DNA from: Vicugna vicugna | Taxonomy: Eukaryota | Direction of reading: 5' to 3' | Length of the DNA stretch: 64,000 nucleotides | Assembly (NCBI GenBank): GCA_013265495.1 | Contig: MU057930.1 | Span: forward strand, 567,599 to 631,598 | Part shown: positions 24,990 through 37,182 of the stretch, piece by piece | Layout of the letters: each line of letters begins with the position of its first letter | Numbering within the stretch: the stretch's first letter is position 1 | Program-made: the position numbers and the translations under genes | The notes under the pieces: generated by a model | Told to the model about the DNA's origin: nothing | The model's input: the letters and a program-made list of their open reading frames with translations, nothing else | Database searches by the model: none

Positions 24990-25124
24990 GGGGGAGGCTA
25001 TAGCTCTGTGGTAGAGTGTGTGCCTAGCATGCACGAGGTCCTGGGTTCAATCCCCAGTGCTGCCATCAAAAATAAATAAATGAGCAAACTTAGTTACTTT
25101 TCCCTGGAAAATTTTAAAAAAAAT
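24990..25124 (+). mobile_element. tRNA-Ala-derived SINE (vic-1-like), full length
   Basis: GGGGGAGGCTATAGCTCTGTGGTAGAGTG..CTAGCATGCACGAGGTCCTGGGTTCAATCCCCAG with A and B boxes; A-rich tail; TSD TTGTTGCAA at 24981-24989 and 25125-25133. Confidence 0.92.
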
Positions 25125-25289
25125 TTGTTGCAAAGCTAATGGATGGAGGTCTCTCTCTTACATGTTTCTAATATTTATGAAGGAGACACTGACATGCAAA
25201 TTATTCAGATTAGCTGACATTGCACTTCAACTGTCCTTGGAATCATTTCATTGGTTTCTTTATATTTCTGTCCCTCAAATTCTTATAAC

Positions 25290-26036
25290 CTTTTTCAAAA
25301 ACATTAAAGGGTGCTTGATGCACAATATTATATAAGTTTCAGGTGCCCAGCATAGTGATTCACAATTGCTAAAGGTTATACTCTGTTTATAGTTAGTATA
25401 AAATACTGGCTGTATTCCAAAATTGTACACTATATCCTTGCAGCTTCTTCATTTTATACACAGTAGTTTGTACCTCTTAATCCCCTGCCCCCTTCGCTCT
25501 CCCTACTGCTCACCACTAGTTTGTTCTCTATATTTGTGAGTGTGTTTCTGTTTTGTTATATTGTTCATTCGTATTTTTTTAGGTTCCACATAAAAGTGGC
25601 ATTATATGATATTTGCCTTTGTCTGTCTGACTTACTTCACTTAGTATGATCATCTCCAGGTCCACCCATGTTGCTGCCAATGGCACTATTTCGTTCTTTT
25701 TCATGGCCGAGTAGTATTCCATTGTCTATCTATACCACATCTTTATCCAGTCATTTGTCGATGGACATTTAGGTTGTTTCCATGTCTTGGCTATTGTAAA
25801 TAATGCTGCTATGAACACTGGGGTGCATGTATATTTCCAAATTGTTTCCTTTTTTTTTTTTTTTTGATACATGCCCAAGAGTGGAATTGCTAGATCCTAT
25901 GGTAGTTCTATTTTTAACTTTTGGAGAAACCTCCACACTGTCGTCCATAGTGACTGCACCAAATTGACATTCCCACCAACAGTGTACAAGGGTTCCCTTT
26001 TCTCCACATCCTCACCAACACTAGCTATTTGTGGTC
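25290..26036 (-). mobile_element. L1 3' end (ORF2 C-terminus plus 3' UTR)
   Basis: GAGTAGTATTCCATTG..GATGGACATTTAGGTTGTTTCCATGTCTTGGCTATTGTAAATAATGCTGCTATGAAC..TTCCCACCAACAGTGTACAAGGGTTCCC. Confidence 0.95.
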
Positions 26037-26619
26037 CAAATTCTCTACAACCTTTAACCTGGCATTATTCATCAACTAGCTCAACCTTCATCAGTGACCA
26101 AGACCTGCTACATTAGTTATATTCTATGCGCGTGCTCTTGTCTATGGTGTCTTGAGAACTGGTTGTCTCTTCTCTTTTTTGTGCTCTTGTCTATGGGGTG
26201 TCTCACTAGTCTTGGGACCCCAGCTGAAATGACCAGAAGCAGCTCACCCGATACTTACCCTGCTAATGAAGGCAGCTGTGAGTGTGAGCCGCTATTGTTT
26301 CTCCTTCTGCTTCTACAGTTGTCCAGAGGACTGGGGCTCTAGCTGTGTGAGCAAATGCTTCCAGGAGCCGCAGTCAAGGGCAGCCCAAGTCGCCTACCGG
26401 ACACAGACCTGTGTAAAATCAAAGTTCGGGAAGGGTCAGCCTCTTCCACTTTAAAGGCAACCGTGTCGGCATTACTCAGAAAATGAGACTGAGACTAAAA
26501 AGTTGAAGGAAGGAAACTTTAATGCTTTTTTTTTTAATGACCATGAAAGGAATATGCCCACATTGTAGACTACTTGGAAAACCAAAACACACATCACACG
26601 TTCCACCGAGACAGAATAT

Positions 26620-27176
26620 AAATTCGCAGCTGCCAGGGTCTGGGAGGGTTGGGGGGAGGCAGGGCAGTGACAATTAATGGACTTCTTAGGGTGTTGAAAA
26701 TGTCCTAATGTTGACTGGAATAGTAATTTGGCAGCTCTGTGAATATATTAAAAAAAAACACTGATTTATACACTTTTGATGGATGAATTTTTTGGTGTGT
26801 GAATTGTATCTTGCAAAAGCTACCCTTTTTTAAAAAAATTCATTTACTCATGAACTCACAGCCGAATGATGAACTGTTTATATTTTGCTACACATTCTAA
26901 AATTCGCAGCTGCCAGGGTCTGGGAGGGTTGGGGGGAGGCAGGGCAGTGACAATTAATGGACTTCTTAGGGTGTTGAAAATGTCCCAATGTTGACTGGAA
27001 TAGCAACTTGGCAGCTCTGTGAATATATTAAAAAAACGCTGATTTATACACTTTCGATGGATGAATTTTTTGGTGTGTGAATTGTATCTTGCAAAAGCTA
27101 CCCTTTTTAAAAAAAATTCATTTACTCATGAACTCACAGCCGAATGATGAACTATTTATATTTTGCTACACATTCT
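26620..27176 (+). repeat. Tandem duplication, 2 x ~280 bp (old L1 3' end plus flank)
   Basis: Copies at 26620-26898 and 26900-27176 align with 7 substitutions and one 2-bp indel. Confidence 0.97.
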
Positions 27177-27924
27177 TCTACGTTTAGGAGACCCATGTTT
27201 AGGAATATGCGTTTTTCATCATATAGAGTTTTATATCCCATTTCTGTCATGGAACACTCCATTATCTTCCCTTCTGAAAAGGATCCAAGTTGTGAATGAA
27301 ATTAATGGGTTTGTTCCATTTTTTAAAGAATTCTCTTTTGATCATCCATCACATGACTCCTGGCAAATAACCATTTATACACGCGGGTCTGTGTTTATGA
27401 AAGACGGTTTGGACGGCAGATTTGTACTGAAGGTTCTCCTGACAGATGTGATAATGAAGTCATTTTGGAGGGACACACTGTGAATCAGCCCGTTTGGGGA
27501 GAAAGGGAAAAAGAAGACTGAGGGCAAGGATGCGTCTTCCGTGCAGGGAAATGAGGCAGAGAGAAATGGAGCAAAGCAGAGTGATGAGGAGTGCTCAAAG
27601 CTACGGTCATTATTCTAACAGAAAGGGAGCTTCCGGGTGGAATTCATTGGTAAGTCTCACAAAAACTCACCCAAGTTAAAAAAGGAGGAAGACTGAAAAA
27701 AACCAAAAAACAGTGGATTTGGTAATAGGCAGAAAATGGAATCAGAGAATTGAAATGGATGGCCAAAAAAAATCCAATCCCAAGTTCCCCCCATTCCCAC
27801 CCCCCAACCTTGCAAATGTTTCACGGAGCCTCTGTTGACCTTTGAGGCCAAGTGTTGGGTTAGTTACAAGAAACACTTGGTTTATCCCACATGTACCCAG
27901 ATGAGCCAAATATCCAGACTCTAT

Positions 27925-28010
27925 CTACAAAATACAGTGACATTCTGAAGTCTTGGGGTTGAGGACATCAACATGTGGATTTCGGAGGGGCAAGGTTCAG
28001 CCCATAACCA
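27925..28010 (-). mobile_element. MaLR LTR 5' fragment
   Basis: AAATACAGTGACATTCTGAAGTCTTGGGGTTGAGGACATCAACATG..TTCAGCCCATAAC. Confidence 0.7.
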
Positions 28011-31000
28011 TGATGAAAGCAAGGAGTATGGGTGTTTCAAGAAGCACCTGTTGCTGCTGTAAGATCGGGAAGAAGAGGACTGGAAAAGGTACGCTGTATT
28101 TACAGATGTTTCAGTAAGGGGACCCTCCGCTGGCACCACTATATTGGAGTCGTGGGAGCAGGCTGGGGCAGGTAAGCCGTGATGGATGATAAAGAGAGAG
28201 AGATGAGCGAGCCCTCCCCATCTACCTGGTAAAACCCAAGGGAGTCTCTTCTGGTAGAAAGTCTGTTCATCTAAACGTTGAAATCCATCATGGCACCCCT
28301 CCCAAAGAATGTCCTGTTCCAACAGCACTCCTCTCCATCTCAATTCCATGCCCGGGATGGTCCCCCCCTCTGCTCTCAGCCTGGAAAACATTCTCGAAGT
28401 CCCCTCCCAAGAACGACCCCTGGAGGACCTCATCCTTCATTGCTACCAAAACCCATCTGGCAGCGGAAGAAATGCAAGATAAAGTTTAACTGGCCGATGA
28501 GCGCATGTGGGCTCCGTTGGAGGATGATTTATCTCTTAGGCTTGGCAGCAGACTTTAGGATGTTGACTGTCTTGTTTACATGCCTCTGAGCTTGTGTGAG
28601 CACGCAGTGCTGGGAGGCTCTGGAGGGAGAGGGTTCAACTTTCTGTTCCAGCTCATTATTCCGATGGAGATGGAAGCATGAGGCTGGAAGGAATTTTAAG
28701 GGATGGTTTAGAGAAAGCAATTGCAGACGTGTTCCCTGGATGAGAACTCTGGAGCATCTGTGATTGGGGGGGGCACTTCTCACTGTTTCTGTGACACCCA
28801 CTCCCATCGTGGGAAGCCCCTCTTGATTTTATAAGCAGTAGGTCGATGGTGTTCCTTGCGAACCACCTTACCAGGACTGAATGGAAGTCAAATCACCTAC
28901 TGACATCTTGGGTAGTCAGGCTATAAGGACAAGCAAGATGTTCGGATTTAGACATTCAGGATTCTTGCTGTCTTCCCCACCCCCCCTTTTTTTTTGTATT
29001 TGTGGGAAGCTAGGCAGCAGCTGGCATGGCTGAAATTGGGGGAAATGTAGGCGCTACAGAATGTCTTTATGTTTCAGTATCAACTACAGTAGATGTTGAA
29101 AGCATTTACCTGTGGTGACTCATCTGTCCACACTTACCAGTAATTTCACTGATTTGGAATCAACAGAAACATTCATTGAGTCGCTGAAAAAGCAGCAAAA
29201 CTGTATCAGGCTTTATCCACACAAGATAAACAGGTTTGGTCCTTACTGCGAAGAAGACGCTGTCCTTGTAGTTTGGAGGAAAGGAATCCTTTCGTCTCAG
29301 GGCACTGGGATAGAAAAACACGCACAGTGCACTGCAAGGGCGTGGGGGGCTCCATATAAAAAGCACTATGGAGAAAATGGAAGCTAGAAACGTTCATCGT
29401 CCTTCTCAGTGTGACCTGGCAATATGTATCTCCATCTAAGAGAGAGTGGAAGATGAGGCAGAAAGTACAGGAAGGACCCAACAGACACTCAGACTTCTAC
29501 ACACAAGTGCTTGTTAAACTGCTCATAACTCCCTTGGACCAGCCGTGTTCCTCGCCATCCACCACGATGTTCCGCTATTTTGGCAGCAGCAGTAAACACT
29601 ATGTCTCCCGGAAAAAGTGAGTTTAGAAACGGCAGAGTGTAATCAAACTCAAGAAATTATCTATCTTTTAGGAGACATGTCACCACTAAGACCACTCTAT
29701 CAACACTCATCAATATTAATGGAAGAATGAGTTGCCATCTTCTTAAACTTTGAGGCCAAACCTTCCTTGGAACTCGATTGGCTACCGAAAGGTCTTGCAG
29801 GCTGAGAGAAGTGAGTTTGTTATCTCCAACTCTAATGCTCAACAAAGAGCCCAAAAGGCGTCCATCAAATTTTGTTTAAAATTTGACTCTGGCCCTGAAT
29901 CTTCTCTGCCAAGTCTTAAGTGCGAAATGCCACGAGAGAAATTAAATGTGGGTTGCCTAAAATGAGACAGCTGTGTTGAGTCATCCGATGGTCTATGTCA
30001 CAACAGGATTGCTTACAAGGAGAGCACTTCATTAGCTCTAATTAGGTGTTCGTCAGTGGGAAATGTGCATACTGATGTTCTCCAGACAATGAGGAATGCC
30101 CTGTTTGCTTGCTGGGTGGAATTCTGGCTGATAAGATACCTGGGTGAGTTCATTTCTGGGCTCTCTATTCTGTTCCATTAACCTCGCCAGAGACAAGTTC
30201 TGCTGTGGTTTGAAACATTAGTCACGGTGAAGCTAGCTTCTTCTAAACAGATACAGTCCTAAGGCATATGTTACAGACTGTCACAATGTTTGTGCTTGTT
30301 TATCAACCAAAGATTCTTGGCAACCTCTCCCTTTTGTCCTAATTGGTTGCGATCACCACTTCTAGCATCCTCTGCAAATACAGGTTATCTGGTTGTTCCT
30401 GTTTCTTTAGACACACTTACAAACCGTCCACCGTCCAAAGTGAAAAGGACGCTTGGGTGAGGAGTTGCAGGCGTGGGGTGCAAGGAAACGGTTGCAACAG
30501 CGCCTTTTTGAAACAAAAGGACCACACATCCTCCTCCACGTTCAGCTGGTGGGATGGAATTGGGAACCTGGACGTCTCGTTTCTGATGGTTAAAGAAGTG
30601 AGTCATTCATTCTTGCTGAGGACAGTTGCCTTTGCCTTTTTGAAATTAAGCTGAGCTCAAATCTGCTCTGCATTCTTCTTCTTCTTCTTTTTTTTAAACC
30701 TTTATTATGGTATGATTCCTGTTCAAATTGCACACCTGAAATATGTGTAGTTCACTGCCCTGCATTCTTTACATGCACTGGGAACACACATTTTCTAGAG
30801 AGGGATGTGAGGGAGAAACCAGCATCGCACGGATCTCACAGCCGCAAGGCCGCCAGCAGCTCCAAACAGCATGACCGCAACAGGGTGACTGGTTGGTGTC
30901 TTTCTTTCAGCCGTGAGGAGCGCAGAAGACACGGAAAACTTATGGAGTTGCTGGAGTTCTTCTGAGGCATCATGGCTGTCTGTATTCTCTACATGTGGCC

Positions 31001-31206
31001 AACTGGCTACATTGTCTATTTTATTTTTTTTCAGATCCCTCCCTGAATTTGTATTTGGATGTAGGAAATGATATTTCAGGATGACTCTAAATTATTATTC
31101 CAGTGCAGTTTTATTTTCCCAGCGAAAATTATAATATTCTTTATCCTGTGCCAGCCCAGCGCTTAATGCATCGTAAGATGCACACACCCACATATATACA
31201 TAGATA

Positions 31207-31612
31207 TTATGAGGGTTAATTTTATATGTCAACTTGGCTGGGTCACAGGGTGCTCTGATGTTTGGTGAAACATGATTCTGGGTGTGTCTGGGAGGGTGTT
31301 TCTGGATGAGATTAGCATTGGAATGGACAGACTGAGTAAAGGAGAGAGCGCTCTCCAATGAGGGTGGGCCTCATCTAATCAGTTGAAGGCCCGAATAAAA
31401 CATAAAGACTTAGTGTCCCGCAGATAAGAAGGAACTTCTGTCTGTCTGACTGTCTTCAGACTGGGACATCTGTCTTTGCCTGCCTTCAGACTCAGAGTGG
31501 AGCTGACACCATCCCCTCTTCTGAGCCTCCAGCTGGCCAACTGCAGATCGTGGGACTTTTTTCAGTTTCCATAACTCACGAGTTAACTCCCTACAACAAA
31601 TCTTATATATAC
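31207..31612 (+). mobile_element. ERVL LTR (MLT2B-like)
   Basis: GGTTAATTTTATATGTCAACTTGGCTGGG..GGTGTTTCTGGATGAGATTAGCATT..AATCAGTTGAAGGCC..ACTGCAGATCGTGGGACTT. Confidence 0.9.
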
Positions 31613-31614
31613 AG

Positions 31615-32094
31615 TGTTATGATCTGCATGTTTGTGTTCCCCCAGAACCCATATGTTAGAGCCCTAATCACCGAGGTTTTGATATTTGGAGATGAGGACC
31701 ATGGGAGGTGAGGAGGTCATGAGGGTGGCGTTCTTGTGAATGGAACTGGGGTCCTTATAAAAGCGTCCCCAGAGAGCCACCTCTCCCCTTCCTCCATGTG
31801 AAGACACAGTGGGAGAACGTTCATGTATGAACCAGCAAGACGGCTCTCAGCAGACACCAGATCTGCCAGCACTTTGATCTTTATGTTGTTTTTTTTTTTT
31901 TTATGGAGGGACTGGGAATTGAACCCAGGGCCTCGTGCATGCTAAGCACTCCCTCTACCATTTGTGCTATGCTCTCTCCTCCAGCACTTTGATCTTGGAA
32001 TTTCAGCCTCCAGAACTGTGAAAAATAATTGTCTGTTATTTATAAACCACCCAGTTTAAGGTACTTTGTTATAACAGCCCAAAGGTTGGTAACA
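31615..32094 (+). mobile_element. MaLR solo LTR (MLT1A-like) interrupted by a SINE
   Basis: TGTTATGATCTGCATGTTTGTGTTCCCC..GTCCTTATAAAAG..CAGCCTCCAGAACTGTGAAAAATAA..TTTGTTATAACAGCCC. Confidence 0.9.
31882..31980 (-). mobile_element. Short-tailed tRNA-Ala-derived SINE inside MLT1A
   Basis: tRNA-like head plus poly-A; perfect TSD CCAGCACTTTGATCTT at 31866-31881 and 31981-31996. Confidence 0.92.
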
Positions 32095-32299
32095 GCAGCA
32101 CAAAACGGTCCTAGAGAACCCACTCTTGGGTCAAAGAGATTCTTTCAAGGATGGGGAATGACTACGGGGTGGGAAGCCACCCAGGAATGACTTACTGCAC
32201 CTACAGCTAACTTGCTTTTTATATGAAAGGTTGGCGATCTTTACCAGGAGACATGCAGTGATCTGAAGGTGACGAATCTATGGAGATGAACAAAACAAA

Positions 32300-32820
32300 C
32301 ATGCATCCACCACCTGCTTCAAAAATCAAGAACGCTTCCAGACTGTTATTACCCTCTGGGCTCCCCTTTCTTCCAACACGCCTCGTGAACCATCCCCACG
32401 AGGGTTAAGTATTTTCCCAAATTTTATGTGTCATAAGAAAACAGTAATACTTTTGCCAAAGATGTCTGTATCCCTCAATGACATACTATTGTTCTTTTCT
32501 ACTTGCTTTGTTCACTGGTAATATGGCCAAAGGAATGTGAGCAGTGTGGTGCCCTGTGCATTTTCCCTCTCAACAGTGTATCTTTAAAATTCATGACGGC
32601 GTGGTTTGTAGGGTTAGTGTATTTGCCTCACTTTTGTACAATATTCCCTTGAGCGATGATCGCACACAGTGTGTATCCATCCTCCTGCCAGCAAAACACG
32701 TGGGTTGTTTGCTAGTCTGAGTATCGGAGAGATGACTCCTGAGAGCATGCTTATACGTGCACACACGTGCAAGAGTTTGTCCAGAGTTCCCACCCACGAG
32801 GGGGGAGCTGCTGGGTCACG
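32300..32820 (-). mobile_element. Ancient L1ME-type 3' fragment
   Basis: TGTATCCATCCTCCTGCCAGCAAAACACGTGGGTTGTTTGC..GCAAGAGTTTGTCCAGAG..GCTGCTGGGTCA resembles antisense L1ME. Confidence 0.55.
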
Positions 32821-32829
32821 CTCAGCTTT

Positions 32830-33110
32830 CTACGATGTTCTAGTGATGGATACGTGTCACTAACGGCATTTGCACAAACTCACGGAATGTCCAACAGCAA
32901 GAGGGAACTCGATGTAAACAGAGTTAAGGCGATACTGTTTCAATGTAGGCTCATCTATTTTAATTCTACAAATGTGTGTGCCAGTGAGAGACGTTGATTG
33001 TGGAGAAGGCTTTGTGGGGGCGTAGGGAGGAGATGGGAGCTCTCTGTCCTTTCTCCTCATTTTTACTGTGAACTTAAACCTGCTCTAAGACACAAAGTCT
33101 ATTGTTAAAA
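32830..33110 (+). mobile_element. L1MC-type 3' end
   Basis: GATGGATACGTGTCA..CAATGTAGGCTCATC..GACGTTGAT..TTTTTACTGTGAACTTAAACCTGCTCTAAGACACAAAGTCTATT. Confidence 0.8.
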
Positions 33111-33685
33111 TTAGCACCTGGAAATAAAATCTCATTCAAAAATGATTCTGCTAAACAGAAGGTGAAAGAGTGTTAATGGTTGAGGGCACAGAGTCGGTTC
33201 TGTTTTTTAAATTAGAAACCACTGAGTCCAAATGGCCCCGTCAAAGGCGTGTGCAAAGATCCGTATCTACTTACATGGTCTCAGAAAATGCCAGAGGGAG
33301 CAAAGAAACAGAAGAAGGCAGGGCTGTACACAAGCTGAGTTTCTCGATTGTTCTGCAAAGCATCCAGCAACAGGGCAGCGGGGGCGTCCTGCAAGGTTTG
33401 ATGGAGTATCGTTCACGTAGGACCGGCAGTCAGGTTTGCAAGAAGCATGCAACGCCTTGAGGTTACAGGGACAGCGGTGGAGAGAAAGCCTACACCGGGG
33501 AGACGTCGGGGACCGATCAGAAGACAGCTGCACCACGGGCGGCTCCGCTGGTTTCATTCCCGAATCACACGTGTGTGTTGGAGGAAGGCACAGGGATGGA
33601 GGCAGCGGATTCACGAAGTGTGCGGCTGTCTGGTCAAAATCCTGGGACAATAACAAGAAACCCATGGGCAGGTAAGTAAAGCTAA

Positions 33686-33790
33686 GGGGTAGAGCGCATG
33701 CTTTGCATGCACGAGGTCCTGGGTTCAATCCCCCCCGTACCTCCGTCGACAACGAAACAAAAAGAGCTTCAAGAAAAACAAGCAAAAAAC
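33686..33790 (+). mobile_element. 5'-truncated tRNA-Ala-derived SINE
   Basis: GGTAGAGCGCATGCTTTGCATGCACGAGGTCCTGGGTTCAATCCCC..TACCTCC plus an A-rich tail. Confidence 0.85.
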
Positions 33791-33794
33791 AAAC

Positions 33795-34110
33795 TCAGTC
33801 AGCGGCGGCTGTAGATCGTGGACAGCCTCTGCCCCACCAAGCGCACAGGTGCATGATGGAGCCACATTTGCTCCCAGAACAGCCCGGAGCCATCGCCCAG
33901 CATCCTCAGAAAGACCTAGACAGAGCCGTGCCCTTGGGGACCGCTGATACCCCTGCCTGGTGAGAAGGGGCCGCTCCCCATGTCTGTACAAAGGGCCTCG
34001 GTGGAAATGTCTGAGCTGTCCTGAATGCGAAGCCATCTCAGTGTGTGTGTGCGTGTGTGTGCGAAAATACAACTTGGAAAAAAAATGGATTTTAGCTGCA
34101 CAGATGGTCT
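33795..34110 (+). mobile_element. Ancient L1 ORF2-end remnant, strongly GC-shifted
   Basis: Roughly collinear with the L1M consensus ORF2 end (e.g. CAGAACAGCCCGG vs GAAAACAGTTTGG; GATACCCCTGCCTGGT vs AATTCCACTCCTAGGT). Confidence 0.4.
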
Positions 34111-34477
34111 AACTTCCATGACCTCGTGACGCTCTCGCCCATCTGAGACCTGATGTCATAGGCTGATAATGCCACTCCGCATCTGCTCAATATGAAGAGA
34201 GAAAAAAACCCAGCTTGACCTCCCAGTTGACAGACCACAGGTATTTGGAAGATTGAGCAAGACGGGGCAGCTAAACACCCAGCACACGTGGAGCTGGCTT
34301 TGCTCAGATGCACTAAACCCAACCTGTCTAGACACGCCGCCCCGACAGGCTGCAGCTGGCCAGCTGTTCCCGGAAACAGTGCAGTCTCTCACGGAATCCA
34401 CGGAATTACCACACCCTGGGACCACAGGGGTCCTGGGTGCTGTGTTGTGCTGTCAGGCTTTGTCTTCTCCAGGTGGC

Positions 34478-35376
34478 GTATTCACTAGCTAGGGTTCTCT
34501 AGAGGGAGAGAAGCAGTAGGAGGCAGAGACAGAGACACAGATAGAAAGATACAGAGTATCTGTGATTTCTGTATCTCTACATCCATCTCTTTGTGTATCT
34601 GTATCTGTATCTGTATCTGTATCATCTATCTGTATTTAACTGTTGATCATCTGTTTTTCCTCTTTATTTCAATCATCTATGCCTCTATCTCACATTATGA
34701 TTTATCTATATTATCTGTCTCTATATTTCTAGCTATCTGTACATCTGTCATCTATTATCTATAATCTTATCATTTATCTCTATATCATCTATCAACATAT
34801 TATCTATCCATCTAATCTATTTATACTTCCATCCATCCATCCATCCATCCACCCACCCATCCATCAATCCACCCACCTACCCATCTATCCATCCATCGCA
34901 TCTGTCTATCCACCCATCTTATCTATCTATCTCTATCCATCCATCAATCCATCTTATCCATCCATCTCTCTCTCTATGGAAAGAGAGAGAAACAGGCAGA
35001 CAGATTTATTGTCAGAGATAGGCTCACATGATTTTGGGGGCCAGCAAGTCCAAAATCCCTAGGGCAGTCCAGTAGCCTGGAGATTCAGGTAAGACTTGAT
35101 GTTGCAGTCTTCAGTTCAGTGTGATCAGGGCAGCAAGCTGGAAACTCAGGCAGAATTCCTTCCTCTTTGGGGCACCTCAGTCTTTTTCCACTCTTGAGCT
35201 CTTCGCCTGATTAGATGAGGCTCACCCACATTATGGAAGGTCACCTGCTTTATGCAAAGGCTACTGATGTAGCTGTTCATCACATGCATAAAATATCTTC
35301 ACAGGGACATTTCAACTGTTGGACCAGACTGGGCCCTGCGGCCTGACCTAGTGGACACACAGAATAATCCACCGCA
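34478..35376 (-). mobile_element. ERVL LTR (MLT2D-like) with ~450 bp internal ATCT/ATCC expansion
   Basis: AGGGTTCTCTAGAG..[array ~34520-34980]..AGATTTATT..GGCTCACATGATT..GGCCAGCAAGTCCAAAATC..GATTAGATGAGGCTCACCCACATTATGGAAGG. Confidence 0.88.
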
Positions 35377-36299
35377 GGCTGTATTTAAACAACACTGCCT
35401 TATCAGGCATGGTTGATGGTCTGACCCATCCTTGAGTAGAAGTTAAGCAAAAACCTTACGAACAAATTTGCTGCTCTTGTGACACTGCAAGGACATTTTT
35501 TATGGAGAAGTCTCCCGTAGGATTCCCAGACATCATCTCCTTATGCTTTTTTTTTTTTAAGGATTTTCCATCTTTGGAGAAACCTCCTCAGTAGTGCCCA
35601 CGCCACCCTTGATGGACCCCTGTAGACAGCGGTGATGGGTGTGGACCTAAAGAGTCCCCATTTTCCCTCTAACCAGCACTAAACAGCCCTGGCTTTGCAC
35701 AGCTTTCAGGGATCTGACTCATCTCCTTTTTGGAAAATGCAGTCCATTACTTTTCCCCCTGCATGCGGCCAGACCGTGCGTTCTCCCTGTCAAGCTCACA
35801 CAAACTAAGATAAGCCTAATTGCTAAATGGATTCCCATAAATACCAGTTTCGCAAGGACATAAACCCGGCAGCAGCCATTAATCCAGAGCGCATTCCAGA
35901 GGACAGCATCACGTGTGATTTAGGAGAGCATTAAGTCGGTGATTTATGCGTCAGTGACTCCAAGAAGTGAGCCGAACAGATGGAGGAGTGATCCTGGAAG
36001 CAGCCACCATGTGGTGAAGAGGAAAAAAAGATGGCAGGGCAAGTCCAGTCCCTTGCAGGTTTGAGCTTCTTGGTTCCTAGACCAAGGGGGGAGGTACCTG
36101 GAAGCATCCAGCTCACCTCACTTCTTGATGTAAGCAAGGTGCACAAATGCAGAGTGGCATCTCATGCTATGACAGAATGGGTTCGCCTTCCAGAACCCTG
36201 AAGGACAGCACGTATGCGGCAGGTGGGAATGAATTATGGGTGCCCTCCAACCCCTGGAGCATCTTACAAATATTCCAATTGTGAGACACTTAAAAAAAT

Positions 36300-36439
36300 T
36301 TTTTAAATGACTTTATTGTGGTATGATGCCTGTACAGTAAACTACATCTATTTCAGATGTACAATTTGATGAATTTTGATAGATGTAGACACCCATGAAA
36401 CCACCGCCATAATCAGGATAGGTAACATTTCCATCACTC
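36300..36439 (-). mobile_element. L1MB/MD-type 3' terminus
   Basis: CTTTATTGTGGTATGA..GTACAATTTGATGAATTTTGATAGATGTAGACACCCATGAAACCACC..AACATTTCCATCAC. Confidence 0.75.
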
Positions 36440-37182
36440 TACAACAGGTGCAAGTTTTAAATTCCCAATTTATCCCTTCCCACCTCCTTTCCCTGTTGGT
36501 AACCATAAGTCTGTTTGCTATGTCTGTGAGTCTGTTTCTGTTTTGTAAGTAACTTCATTTGTGTCATTTTTTTTTAGATTCCACATATAAGTGATATCAT
36601 ATGATATTTTTCTTTCTCTTTCTGGCTTACTTCACTTAGACTGATGATCTCTAGGTCCATCCGTGTGGCTGCAAATGGCATTATTTTATCATTATTCATG
36701 GCTGAGTAGTATTCCATTGTATAAATATACCACAACTTCTTTATCAAGTCATCTGTCAATGGACATTTAGGCTGTTTCCATGTCTTGGTTATTGTAAATA
36801 GTGCTGCTATAAGCTTTGGAGTGCAGGTGTCTTTTCGAACTAGAGTTCCCTCCAGATATATGCCGAGGAGTGGGATTTCTGGGTGATATGGCAAGTCTAT
36901 TTTTAGTTTTTTAAGGCACCTCCATACTGTCCTCCGTAGTGGCTGCACCAAACTGCATTCCCACCAGCAGTGCAGGAGGGCTCCCTTTTGTCCACAGCCT
37001 CTCCAGCATTTATAGTTTACGGACTTTTTAAGGATGGCCATTCTAACTGGTGTGAGGTGGTACCTCACTGTAGCCTGGACTTCCACTTCTCTGATAATTA
37101 GCATTATTGAGCATCTTTTCATGTGCCTGTTGGCCATCTGCACGTCTTCTTTGAAGAGATGTCTATTGAGGTCTTCTGCCCA
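36440..37182 (-). mobile_element. Relatively young L1 fragment with open ORF2 C-terminus
   Basis: ORF 36574-37209: [54 protein letters not shown] (CX3CX7HX4C)..[18 protein letters not shown]. Confidence 0.97.

Noticed and set aside
30411..30597. Possible exon (TTCTTTAG|...|GTGAGT)
   Set aside because: Peptide unrecognised; splice-like motifs alone are insufficient.
33686..33745. tRNA-Ala(TGC) gene or separate origin
   Set aside because: 5'-truncated; one substitution from the AGC-type SINE explains the TGC loop, and the downstream sequence matches the SINE.
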